DNA from: an uncultured Acidobacteriota bacterium
GTDB lineage: Bacteria; Acidobacteriota; UBA6911; RPQK01; JAPXNP01
DNA: 64,000 nucleotides
Direction of reading: 5' to 3'
Assembly (NCBI GenBank): GCA_963777605.1
Contig: CAVZRV010000007.1
Coordinates: 800,001 to 864,000 of the forward strand
Part shown: one piece after another, positions 39,324 through 47,269 of the stretch
Position numbering within the stretch: the first letter of the stretch is position 1
How the letters are laid out: the number at the start of each line of letters is the position of its first letter
Translations under genes and position numbers: made by a program
The notes under the pieces: model-generated
Told to the model about the DNA's origin: nothing
Database searches by the model: none
Seen by the model: the letters and a program-made list of their open reading frames with translations, nothing else

Positions 39324-40245
39324 CTGTCCGGTTTGCAACCAGGCTGAAGGATCCCTCTTCTGTCGAGCGGAGGACCGCCTCCAGATCGATCCGGGAGCCG
39401 TCTATCGCATCTTTCAGTGCCCCCTTTGCGAGTTCGGGTGGACCGAGCCCTCGTTAAAGAAAGAGGAGCTGGCTCGATTCTATCCGGAGAACTACCTGGG
39501 TCAGACTGCGCAGATCATCAACGAGTATCTTTCGGGAAGTTGGTTCGGCACATCCTCCTGGCGGATGGAGGCGGAAAAAGTCAAGTTGGTGGAACAGTTC
39601 TGTTCTCGCGGGGCGCTGCTGGACGTGGGCTGCGGCGAAGGCAAGTTTCTCTGGGCCCTCGATCCCGACCGATGGAACCGGTTCGGAGTAGAACTGAACT
39701 CGTTCACGGTCAGACTCGTCCAGAAGACCGTACCGGAAATCGATGTCCGCGAAGGCACTCTTGACTCTCTCAACGTGGAACCTGGTGGTTTGGACGCCGT
39801 CACCTTCTGGCATGTCCTGGAACACTTGCCTGGGCCGGAGTCTGCTCTCTCCCGCGCCTGTGAGCTTTTGCAGCCGGGCGGCTGGGTCATCGTGTCGTTA
39901 CCGAACATCGCGAGTCTTCAGGCCCGCTGGTTTCGGTCCCACTGGTATCCTTTTGGCGATGTGCCCCGTCACATCTACCACTTCTCTCCACGGTCGTTGG
40001 AGATCCTGTTGCGCCGGGCCGGATTCTCCGATGTCCGGTTTCGGTTCTTCTCCAGGAAGGTGAATTTCCACTGCTGGAAACACAGCACGCGAGCCTGGTG
40101 CAAATCCCGGTTCGGGACCGAGCGCCCCTACTACGCACTCAAACCAGCCCTCCACCTCCTTCCTTTGCTCGAGCGCGTCGGGAGAAGGTATTCAATCATG
40201 ACCGCGGCGGCTCGAAAGACTAGTGTCCCGTCACGCATCATATGA
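39316..40245 (+). CDS. Class I SAM-dependent methyltransferase with N-terminal CxxC pairs
   Basis: CPVC...CPLC, LLDVGCGEG, WHVLEHL, PRHIYHF. Confidence 0.88.
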   Translation: MNDCPVCNQAEGSLFCRAEDRLQIDPGAVYRIFQCPLCEFGWTEPSLKKEELARFYPENYLGQTAQIINEYLSGSWFGTSSWRMEAEKVKLVEQFCSRGALLDVGCGEGKFLWALDPDRWNRFGVELNSFTVRLVQKTVPEIDVREGTLDSLNVEPGGLDAVTFWHVLEHLPGPESALSRACELLQPGGWVIVSLPNIASLQARWFRSHWYPFGDVPRHIYHFSPRSLEILLRRAGFSDVRFRFFSRKVNFHCWKHSTRAWCKSRFGTERPYYALKPALHLLPLLERVGRRYSIMTAAARKTSVPSRII

Positions 40246-40281
40246 CGTTTTCAGAGCCCCGCATGCGTGGACGGGCACTAG
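40220..40281. mobile_element. 62-bp MITE/REP-like element, copy 3
   Basis: CTAGTGTCCCGTCACGCATCATATGACGTTTTCAGAGCCCCGCATGCGTGGACGGGCACTAG; 48 of the first 50 nt identical to copy 1. Confidence 0.75.
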
Positions 40282-41933
40282 CGGAAGCGAGTCCCCTTCC
40301 ACTCTCTCTTGATGTAATCGGAAACCCAGTAGCCGAGTGCGTAGATGGTCAGGACCGGGTTGTATCCACCATTGGTGACGTGAAGACTTCCATCGGCGAC
40401 GAACAGGTTGTCGATGTCGTGGACCTGGCCGTTCCGGTTCGTCACCGATGTCTTCGGATCATCTCCCATGCGACAGGTACCCGCCTGGTGCTGTCCGCCA
40501 CTCAACCCCAGTCCCGGCAGTTCGACCCAGGTTTGGAGGGCGCCCGCCTCTTTTAGAATTTCCTCTGCCTTCGCCGAGACGAACCGTGCCACCTCCACGT
40601 CCCCGGGATGGCGGTGCCCTGAAAGTCGTGCGACCGGAATCCCCCAGTAGTCTGTCGCCGAGCGATCCACCCGGACCCGCGCCTCGAAGACCGGCATCTC
40701 CTGGACCGGCCCCCGCACGCCAGCAGACCGACGATAGTACTTTCGCTGGAACTCCTTGTGGTCAGCGCCCCATCGACGAGCTCCCGCAGGTCTGACCCGA
40801 GAAAAGTAATAGGGAAGCCGAATGAACCCGTTGGTCAGGAGGCCACCCCCAACCAGGCCCCGGTTTCCATGATTGAAATCGCACCAAGCGATGCAGGCCC
40901 CCGCACCCACGTCGTCAAAAAGTTCCTGGTCGAACAGCCCCCAGGCCCCAGTGTAAGCGTGTCCCTGCAGGTTCCGTCCAACCCAGTCGAACCGGTTCCC
41001 CGCCCCGTTGGGAAAAAGTCGCGAACGAGAATTGAGAAGGAGCCGAGCCGTTTCGATGGCAGCGCAGGAGACAACCACAATATCGGCGGGTTGCTCCTGC
41101 ACTTGGTCCGCTTCATCGAAGTAGCGCACCGCCTGCGCCCGGCCCCGGTCATCGATGACCACTTCACTGGCGACGCAACGAGTCCGAAGCTGGCACGAAC
41201 CCGTAGACAGGGCCTTCGGGATGACCGTGTTCTGGGTCCCGTTCTTGGCATCGACTTCGCAGGCGTATCCCACACAGTAGCGACAGCGGATGCAGGCCGA
41301 CCGGCCTTCAAGGTGGACCGAATTGCGAAGCATCGGGATCGGAAAGGGATGAAATCCCCGTCGGCTGGAGGCAGCCCGAAGAACCTCGGCCTCCCGGTTA
41401 TAGGGATGGGGGGGCATCGGGTAGCCTTTCTTTCGCGGAGCGGAGAAGGGGTCAGCCGTCCCGTCTCCGGCAACCCCGATCTCCCACTCTGCCTTTTCGT
41501 AGTACGGCTCCAGATCCGCATAACCAATCGGCCAGTCCTCCAGCGTCGACCCATCGACGTTTCCATAGGTCGACTTCATGCGGAAGTCTTTCTCCTGGAA
41601 GCGCCAGGCCATGCCACCGTAGCTGACGGTCCCGGAACCGACACAGGAGGCAACATTGCTGAAGGCCGGATGGTTGGGTCTCACCTTGACCCATTCGCCG
41701 GAGTCGCTTTGCACCATCCGGAAGTTCTTCTCCCGGTCCGGTCCAAAAGCATTGTCAAGGGGAGTCCACCACAACTGGCACAGCAACTCGTCATGCGGGT
41801 GATCGGTAAAAGAAACCCAATCACCTTTTTCGAGAAGGACGACCGAAAGTCCGGCTTCGGCCAATTCCTTTGCAACGACTCCACCGCCCGCGCCCGCGCC
41901 AATCACGACCGCATTAACCCGCCCCAGTGCCAT
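40278..41933 (-). CDS. GMC family oxidoreductase (gluconate dehydrogenase large-subunit-like)
   Basis: VIGAGAGG FAD motif, DWPI.Y..LEPYY, CxxCxxCxGxxC, VGRNLQGH, HQAGTCRMG, NPVLT. Confidence 0.92.
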   Translation of the reverse strand: MALGRVNAVVIGAGAGGGVVAKELAEAGLSVVLLEKGDWVSFTDHPHDELLCQLWWTPLDNAFGPDREKNFRMVQSDSGEWVKVRPNHPAFSNVASCVGSGTVSYGGMAWRFQEKDFRMKSTYGNVDGSTLEDWPIGYADLEPYYEKAEWEIGVAGDGTADPFSAPRKKGYPMPPHPYNREAEVLRAASSRRGFHPFPIPMLRNSVHLEGRSACIRCRYCVGYACEVDAKNGTQNTVIPKALSTGSCQLRTRCVASEVVIDDRGRAQAVRYFDEADQVQEQPADIVVVSCAAIETARLLLNSRSRLFPNGAGNRFDWVGRNLQGHAYTGAWGLFDQELFDDVGAGACIAWCDFNHGNRGLVGGGLLTNGFIRLPYYFSRVRPAGARRWGADHKEFQRKYYRRSAGVRGPVQEMPVFEARVRVDRSATDYWGIPVARLSGHRHPGDVEVARFVSAKAEEILKEAGALQTWVELPGLGLSGGQHQAGTCRMGDDPKTSVTNRNGQVHDIDNLFVADGSLHVTNGGYNPVLTIYALGYWVSDYIKREWKGTRFR

Positions 41934-42039
41934 TGGCCACAGCTCCGACTTGACCAGAAATCTTCTTCCACACCTGGTACAAGCAGAAAACGATCAGCCC
42001 CCTCGATTACTTCGATCGGTAGCGATTTGCATTTTCTAT

Positions 42040-42285
42040 TGCTCCCCGAACAAATTCTCAGGGATTTCTTTAAAAATTGTACAGGACTGCAGGAACCGGG
42101 AACACCTGGGGAGCCTTGTCGACATTCGGGCGGGGGCTGACGATCAGTGTGCCGCCAACTCAAATTTGCAGTCCCTCAGCTTCTCGACCGGCACCTCCGA
42201 ATTGCCCGAAACCCGTCCCTGCGAGTTGGACACTCACAGAAATCAGCATTGCCATTCGACAGAACCTCTTTATCCGGTCACTCAT
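42040..42285 (-). pseudogene. Possible degraded MipA/OmpV-like outer-membrane protein gene fragment
   Basis: ATG 42285: MSDRIKRFCRMAMLISVSVQLAGTGFGQ...GLQI*VGGTLIVSPRPNVDKAPQVFPVPAVLYNF*; in-frame stops at 42160-42162 and 42070-42072; family resemblance by eye only. Confidence 0.35.
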
Positions 42286-42441
42286 CAATGTAGTCAATAT
42301 GGAGACAATATATAGTCTGCTTCAAAACAGAATATGGACACTGCATTTTTGGATCGGCGACGATATGCAATCATCTCCCGTTAAATCACTGTTTATTTGA
42401 CTTCCTCGGTGTTCTTTTTGAGATGTGTGTACTATATGGAC

Positions 42442-43788
42442 ATGTCCGAAACCCAGACCGGAGGAAAACTGCAGATTCCCAAAAAACCGATTGACCGACT
42501 GTTGGTGCCGATCGAACGGTTTCTGCACGTTGAAGCAGCCAGTGGAATTGTGCTCTTGTCCTGCACTGTTCTCGCACTGGTTCTCGCCAATTCGTCATTT
42601 GGAAACGCCTACGAAGCCATCTGGCAAACCAAAATTGGTTTCCAGTTCGGCGATTTTGGAATGGCATACAAGCTCCGCCACTGGATCAACGATGGGCTAA
42701 TGGTGATTTTCTTCTTTGTGATCGGACTCGAGGTGAAACGTGAACTGGTCCACGGAGAACTTCGTGAATTTCGCCGGGCCACGCTTCCGATCATGGCCGC
42801 GCTGGGCGGCATGATTCTGCCGGCCGGCATTTATCTCTCCCTGCAGGGCGGCACACCGGCAGAGGCCGGTTGGGGAATCCCGATGGCAACCGATATTGCA
42901 TTCGTTGTTGGTTGCATGGCCTTGCTTGGCTCCCGCCTGCCTCATGGGCTTCGGATCCTCATTCTCTCGTTGGCGATTGCCGATGACATTGGGGCCATTC
43001 TCGTCATCGCCATCGGTTACACGGAGGAACTGCACCTTTCCTACCTAATACTTGGTCTGCTCCTCGTGGGCGGTATCTACCTGTTTCAACGGTGTGGAGT
43101 TCGTAGCTTTGGCGTCTACGGCGTGATGGGTTGCGTGATCTGGTTCTGTTTTCACGAGTCTGGTATTCACGCGACAATAGCCGGTGTCATTTTAGGGCTT
43201 CTCACTCCGGCGGATGCCTACTTCAGCGCCTCGCTTCTCGGCCAAATGCTCAAGAGAGCCAGCGACGTGCTGCACGGCGATTGGGAGAATCTGCAGCACA
43301 AGGTACAGAAGGTACGTGCGGTCGAACAGGCTGCCCGGGAATCGGTTTCGCCGCTCAATTATCTGGAGACCGCACTCCACCCCTGGGTCAGTTACCTGAT
43401 TATGCCGGTTTTTGCACTCGCGAATGCCGGTGTCGCATTCGCCTGGTCGGACTTCGGAGACCCCGTCGCGGTGGCAGTTGCTTTGGGGTTGCTCCTGGGC
43501 AAACCGATCGGAATCCTCATTTTCAGCTGGCTGGCCATCCGGACCGGGATTGCAGCACTTCCCTCGGGAGTCAATTGGAGCATCCTGGCTGGAGGTGGTG
43601 CACTGGCCGGCATCGGCTTTACAATGGCCCTTTTCATTGCCGGCCTCGCCCTTGAGGGTCCTCTTCTGTCTGCCGCGAAAGTCGGGATCCTCCTGGGTTC
43701 CGCCGTTTCGGCAATTATCGGGATGCTGCTTTTGATCTGGCGGCTCGAGTCGGCGAACTCCTCCCCGGACGCGAGTCAGCCAGCGTAG
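42442..43788 (+). CDS. nhaA: Na+/H+ antiporter NhaA
   Basis: WINDGLM, FFVIGLEVKRE, GWGIPMATDIAF, LAIADDIGAI, GIGFTMALF; start 42436 or 42442. Confidence 0.95.
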   Translation: MSETQTGGKLQIPKKPIDRLLVPIERFLHVEAASGIVLLSCTVLALVLANSSFGNAYEAIWQTKIGFQFGDFGMAYKLRHWINDGLMVIFFFVIGLEVKRELVHGELREFRRATLPIMAALGGMILPAGIYLSLQGGTPAEAGWGIPMATDIAFVVGCMALLGSRLPHGLRILILSLAIADDIGAILVIAIGYTEELHLSYLILGLLLVGGIYLFQRCGVRSFGVYGVMGCVIWFCFHESGIHATIAGVILGLLTPADAYFSASLLGQMLKRASDVLHGDWENLQHKVQKVRAVEQAARESVSPLNYLETALHPWVSYLIMPVFALANAGVAFAWSDFGDPVAVAVALGLLLGKPIGILIFSWLAIRTGIAALPSGVNWSILAGGGALAGIGFTMALFIAGLALEGPLLSAAKVGILLGSAVSAIIGMLLLIWRLESANSSPDASQPA

Positions 43789-44948
43789 CGTCCGAGTGCC
43801 TCTGTCATCTGGTCGAGGGCCTGTTTGAGTGTCGAGCGCGGACATCCAAAATTGAGTCGGACGAAACCATCCCCACCCGGGCCAAAACGGCGACCATCAT
43901 TGAGTGCGACGCCGGCCCGTTCAAGGAAAAACCGATAGGGTGCCTGACCCAGTTCGATTGAGCGACAGTCCAACCAGGCCAGGTAGGTGGCTTCCGGTAT
44001 GGTCCACTTCAGCTTCGGCCAGTTCTTCCCCGCGTACTCCACAACGTATTCCCGATTGCTCCTCAGGTAGCTGAGAAGATCCTTGAGCCAGGGACCTCCC
44101 GACCGATATGCCGCCAATGCCGCATCCATTCCCAGAACGTTGACCTCCGGTACGATTCCGGCGGAGGCAGCTACGATCTTCGCCCGTAATGCCGGATCCG
44201 GAACAATGGCGATGCTGCAACCCAGGCCCGGGATGTTGTAGGTCTTGCTGGGAGCGATCAGGGTCACCGTCGCCTTGGCGATCTCGGGATCCAGTGCAGA
44301 AATCGCAATATGAGGCAATTCAGTGTCGAGCAACAGGTCACAGTGAATTTCGTCGGAGCAGAGAATAATCCCACGCTCCATGCAGAACTCCGCCAGTTTC
44401 ACCAGTTCGTTCTTCCGGTAGATTCTCCCGGTCGGATTGTGCGGATTGCAGAGAATAAACAGCTTCGTCCGTTCATCCGCCATTGACTGCAACGCGTCCA
44501 CGTCGAGCGGGTAGGTCAGACAGTTGCCCTCGGTACGGGGAAACAGTTCCACGACCTGGGCTTCCCGCTTCTGGTTTCCGGGTGCAGAGAGAAACGGCGG
44601 ATAGACTGGAGAGTTGACCATCACCCGATCGCCCTCCTGCCCCACGGCCCGGCAGACGACATTCAGCCCGCAGACAAGGCCCGGAAGAAACAGAATCATC
44701 TCCGGAGTGACCTTCCAGTTCTGCTGCCGATAGAGTCGGTCACAGACTTCTTCTTTCAACTCCGGCAAATCGATGCCATATCCGAAGATTCCCTGACCAA
44801 CCCGCGCCTCAAGCGCGTCCAGTACCGGTTTCGGGGCGCGGAAATCCATGTCGGCAACCCACAGGGGCACCACGTCATTACCGTAACGACTCCACTTCAG
44901 ACTATCGGTTCCTCTCCTGGGGAGGACTTTGTCAAACTGACTCTTCAT
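43776..44948 (-). CDS. MalY/PatB family PLP enzyme (cystathionine beta-lyase-like)
   Basis: PLWVADMDF, LCNPHNPTG, SDEIHCD, APSKTYN, FVRLNFGC. Confidence 0.92.
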   Translation of the reverse strand: MKSQFDKVLPRRGTDSLKWSRYGNDVVPLWVADMDFRAPKPVLDALEARVGQGIFGYGIDLPELKEEVCDRLYRQQNWKVTPEMILFLPGLVCGLNVVCRAVGQEGDRVMVNSPVYPPFLSAPGNQKREAQVVELFPRTEGNCLTYPLDVDALQSMADERTKLFILCNPHNPTGRIYRKNELVKLAEFCMERGIILCSDEIHCDLLLDTELPHIAISALDPEIAKATVTLIAPSKTYNIPGLGCSIAIVPDPALRAKIVAASAGIVPEVNVLGMDAALAAYRSGGPWLKDLLSYLRSNREYVVEYAGKNWPKLKWTIPEATYLAWLDCRSIELGQAPYRFFLERAGVALNDGRRFGPGGDGFVRLNFGCPRSTLKQALDQMTEALGRYAG

Positions 44949-45004
44949 CAATCGCAACTTTCTAAAACGGAAGAGAATCCGCTCTGGAAGGACGGCAGCC
45001 CCGC

Positions 45005-45034
45005 TTGAACGTGACCACCGGTTTATTGCATAAT
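45005..45034 (+). promoter_or_regulatory. Putative sigma70 promoter of tRNA-Gly
   Basis: TTGAAC-N18-CATAAT, 14 nt before the tRNA. Confidence 0.5.
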
Positions 45035-45048
45035 ACCGCCTTGCTCGA

Positions 45049-45124
45049 GCGGGAATAGCTCAGTTGGTAGAGCGCGACCTTGCCAAGGTCGAAGTCGCGG
45101 GTTCGAGTCCCGTTTCCCGCTCCA
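45049..45124 (+). tRNA. tRNA-Gly (GCC)
   Basis: GCGGGAATAGCTCAGTTGGTAGAGC-GCGACC-TTGCCAA-GGTCG...GGTTCGAGTCCCGTTTCCCGCTCCA, 76 nt. Confidence 0.97.
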
Positions 45125-45415
45125 TCACTCCTTCAACAAGAATCTCGCGATTCGTTCCCACTCCAGTTCAAGGCTTCCATGTGCTGCAGGACGCCCGGAA
45201 CGCGTGTACCAGTGCGCCGCATTCCCCAGATCGCCTTCCTTCCGATGGAGGTAGGCGTGAACCCAGGAACCATCCGGCGAAGGAACCCCCTGTACAATGC
45301 GATGCGCCTCATCCCAGTCTCCCCGGGCGTCGTGCAGCAGCGCCTGGAGTAGTTCGGGCAGGTTTGCAGGCGGTTCAGCATCTTCGCGCAATCCCTGAAA
45401 CTCTTCGAACGTCAT
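45125..45415 (-). CDS. Conserved hypothetical small protein
   Basis: WDEAHRIVQ..SWVHAYLHRKEGDLGNAAHWY motif of a widespread uncharacterised family. Confidence 0.8.
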   Translation of the reverse strand: MTFEEFQGLREDAEPPANLPELLQALLHDARGDWDEAHRIVQGVPSPDGSWVHAYLHRKEGDLGNAAHWYTRSGRPAAHGSLELEWERIARFLLKE

Positions 45416-45509
45416 GGCTCCCGAGCATAGCGGTCCACCTGCCTCGTGGTCAAACCGATCCCCCCAGACGGAACCCGCACTTCTCAGACCTCGTTCGTTA
45501 ATTGTTTTG

Positions 45510-45926
45510 ATGGACGAGTTTCGAATTCAAAGAGGACGGGTCGGAAGGCTGCAGACCTGGTTGGTCAGGAGACGCCGCGTTTCTCTCGGCAGGTGGGGCG
45601 AGTGGGTGGCACTCCGTTATCTGCTGCATATCAAGTACGACGTGCTGGTCCGCAACTGGACAACCCGCCGGGGCGAAGTTGACCTGGTAGCCCGAGACGG
45701 CGAAACCATCGTTATTGTCGAGGTGAAGACCCGGCGACTCCCTCAACTTCTCCCGCCCGAGGCTGCCATCACCGAGAAAAAAAGAGTCCGCCTGGAGATG
45801 CTGGCAATCCAATTCATCCAGCGCTACGAACTCGATTCCGGATCGGTCCGGGTAGACTTGATCGCAATCGACACTCCCGACCTGATCGCATTTGAGATCC
45901 GACACTACCAGGGTCTGCTTCAGTGA
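45510..45926 (+). CDS. YraN family (UPF0102) putative nuclease
   Basis: LGRWGE, RNW..RRGEVDLVA, VEVKTR, RVDLIAI. Confidence 0.85.
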   Translation: MDEFRIQRGRVGRLQTWLVRRRRVSLGRWGEWVALRYLLHIKYDVLVRNWTTRRGEVDLVARDGETIVIVEVKTRRLPQLLPPEAAITEKKRVRLEMLAIQFIQRYELDSGSVRVDLIAIDTPDLIAFEIRHYQGLLQ

Positions 45927-47269
45927 CTGGCGGCGGCGACCTGCTCCTTCTCCAGGACGACCCTGATCTTGCTCAGGCCCTGCCGAAGGTCTTCCTCAGG
46001 GATGTTGAGGGCCGGCCTGAACCGGACCGAGCGCTCCCCGCATCCAAGCATGATCACCTTCTCCATGAAGAGGGCCTGGCGGAAACGATGGCGGAAGTCG
46101 GCGTCCTTCAGGTCCAGCGCACAGAAGAGTCCTTTCCCGCGGACGTTGGAAACCAGGTCCGGAAATTCTTCTTGAATCGACTGAAGTTCGGACATCAGAA
46201 GCGGGCCCATCCGTGCAACCCGCTCAACGATGCCTTCTTCTTCGTAAAGCTCGAGTTGGAGCCGGCACCGGACCATATCGACGAGGTTGCCTCCCCACGT
46301 CGAGTTGATTCGGCTTGAAGTATGAAAAACGTTATCAGGAACTTCGTCCACCCTGGGCCCAACCATGACACCGCAGACCTGGGATTTCTTTCCGAAGGCC
46401 ACGATGTCAGGCGTGACATAGTACTCGTGAGCCCACATCCGTCCGGTCGCCCCGAAGCCGGTCTGCACTTCATCGTGAATCAGGAGGATCTCGTTGTCGT
46501 CACAGATCTTGCGGAGGGCCCGGTGGAATTCGAGCCGGAAGTGATTGTCACCCCCTTCACCCTGAATCGGCTCCAGAATGATGCAGGCAATGTCTCTCGG
46601 AGACGCGGCGATGGCCTGGCGAATCTGCTCCAGTGCTTCATTTTCGGCCTGGACAACCCGTTCGAGATTGAGTCCTTCGAGGGGAAATACACACTTGGGG
46701 TTGAGGATCCGCGGCCAATTGAACTTGGGAAAGTACTGCGTCTTGCGCGGATCGGCCGTGTTCGTCAGCGAAAGCGTGTACCCGGAGCGGCCATGAAATG
46801 CCTGCCGGAAGTGAATGACCTTGAGTCCCCGTTCCTCTCCATAGGAAGCCAGGTTTCCACGGACCTTCCAGTCGAATGCAACCTTCAGCGCATTCTCGAC
46901 AGCAATGGCACCGCCTTCAATAAAGAAGAGGTACTTCATCGAAGAGGGCATGGCCCGCCGGCCGAAAGCCTCCACGAAACGGGCCATCTCTTCCGAGTAC
47001 AGGTCCGAGTTGGACGGCTTCTGCACCGCCGCCCGCCCCAACTCGGAGATGATCTCTGAAACGATCATCCGAGGGTGGTTGTATCCGAGCGCAATCGTGG
47101 CGAAGCAGCCGAAGAGATCCAGATAATAGCTGTCCGACTTCCGGTCGAAAAGCTGGGACCCCCGACTTCGATCCAGGTCAGCGACCAGATCCAGGCCGTC
47201 TGCCAACATGTACCGGGAGATGGCCGTTCGTACTCGTTCCGCATCCCACATCAGCGCCGTCTTTTCCAT
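45920..47269 (-). CDS. lat: L-lysine 6-transaminase
   Basis: KPSNSDLYS, FFIEGGAIAVENALKVAFDWK, AFHGRSGYTLSLTNT, EPIQGEGGD, FGKK, SRINSTWGG. Confidence 0.9.
   Translation of the reverse strand: MEKTALMWDAERVRTAISRYMLADGLDLVADLDRSRGSQLFDRKSDSYYLDLFGCFATIALGYNHPRMIVSEIISELGRAAVQKPSNSDLYSEEMARFVEAFGRRAMPSSMKYLFFIEGGAIAVENALKVAFDWKVRGNLASYGEERGLKVIHFRQAFHGRSGYTLSLTNTADPRKTQYFPKFNWPRILNPKCVFPLEGLNLERVVQAENEALEQIRQAIAASPRDIACIILEPIQGEGGDNHFRLEFHRALRKICDDNEILLIHDEVQTGFGATGRMWAHEYYVTPDIVAFGKKSQVCGVMVGPRVDEVPDNVFHTSSRINSTWGGNLVDMVRCRLQLELYEEEGIVERVARMGPLLMSELQSIQEEFPDLVSNVRGKGLFCALDLKDADFRHRFRQALFMEKVIMLGCGERSVRFRPALNIPEEDLRQGLSKIRVVLEKEQVAAASH

Noticed and set aside
24766-40281. 62-bp repeats as a CRISPR array
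   Set aside because: Copies are dispersed kilobases apart, with no repeat-spacer periodicity and no cas genes
42160-42162. In-frame TGA as selenocysteine or recoding
   Set aside because: A TAA follows 30 codons later, no SECIS-like hairpin or redox motif is evident, and TGA is used as a normal stop elsewhere in the window
45049-45124. tRNA-Gly (and tRNA-Ile2) as island integration sites
   Set aside because: No adjacent integrase, no duplicated tRNA 3' end noticed, no compositional shift downstream
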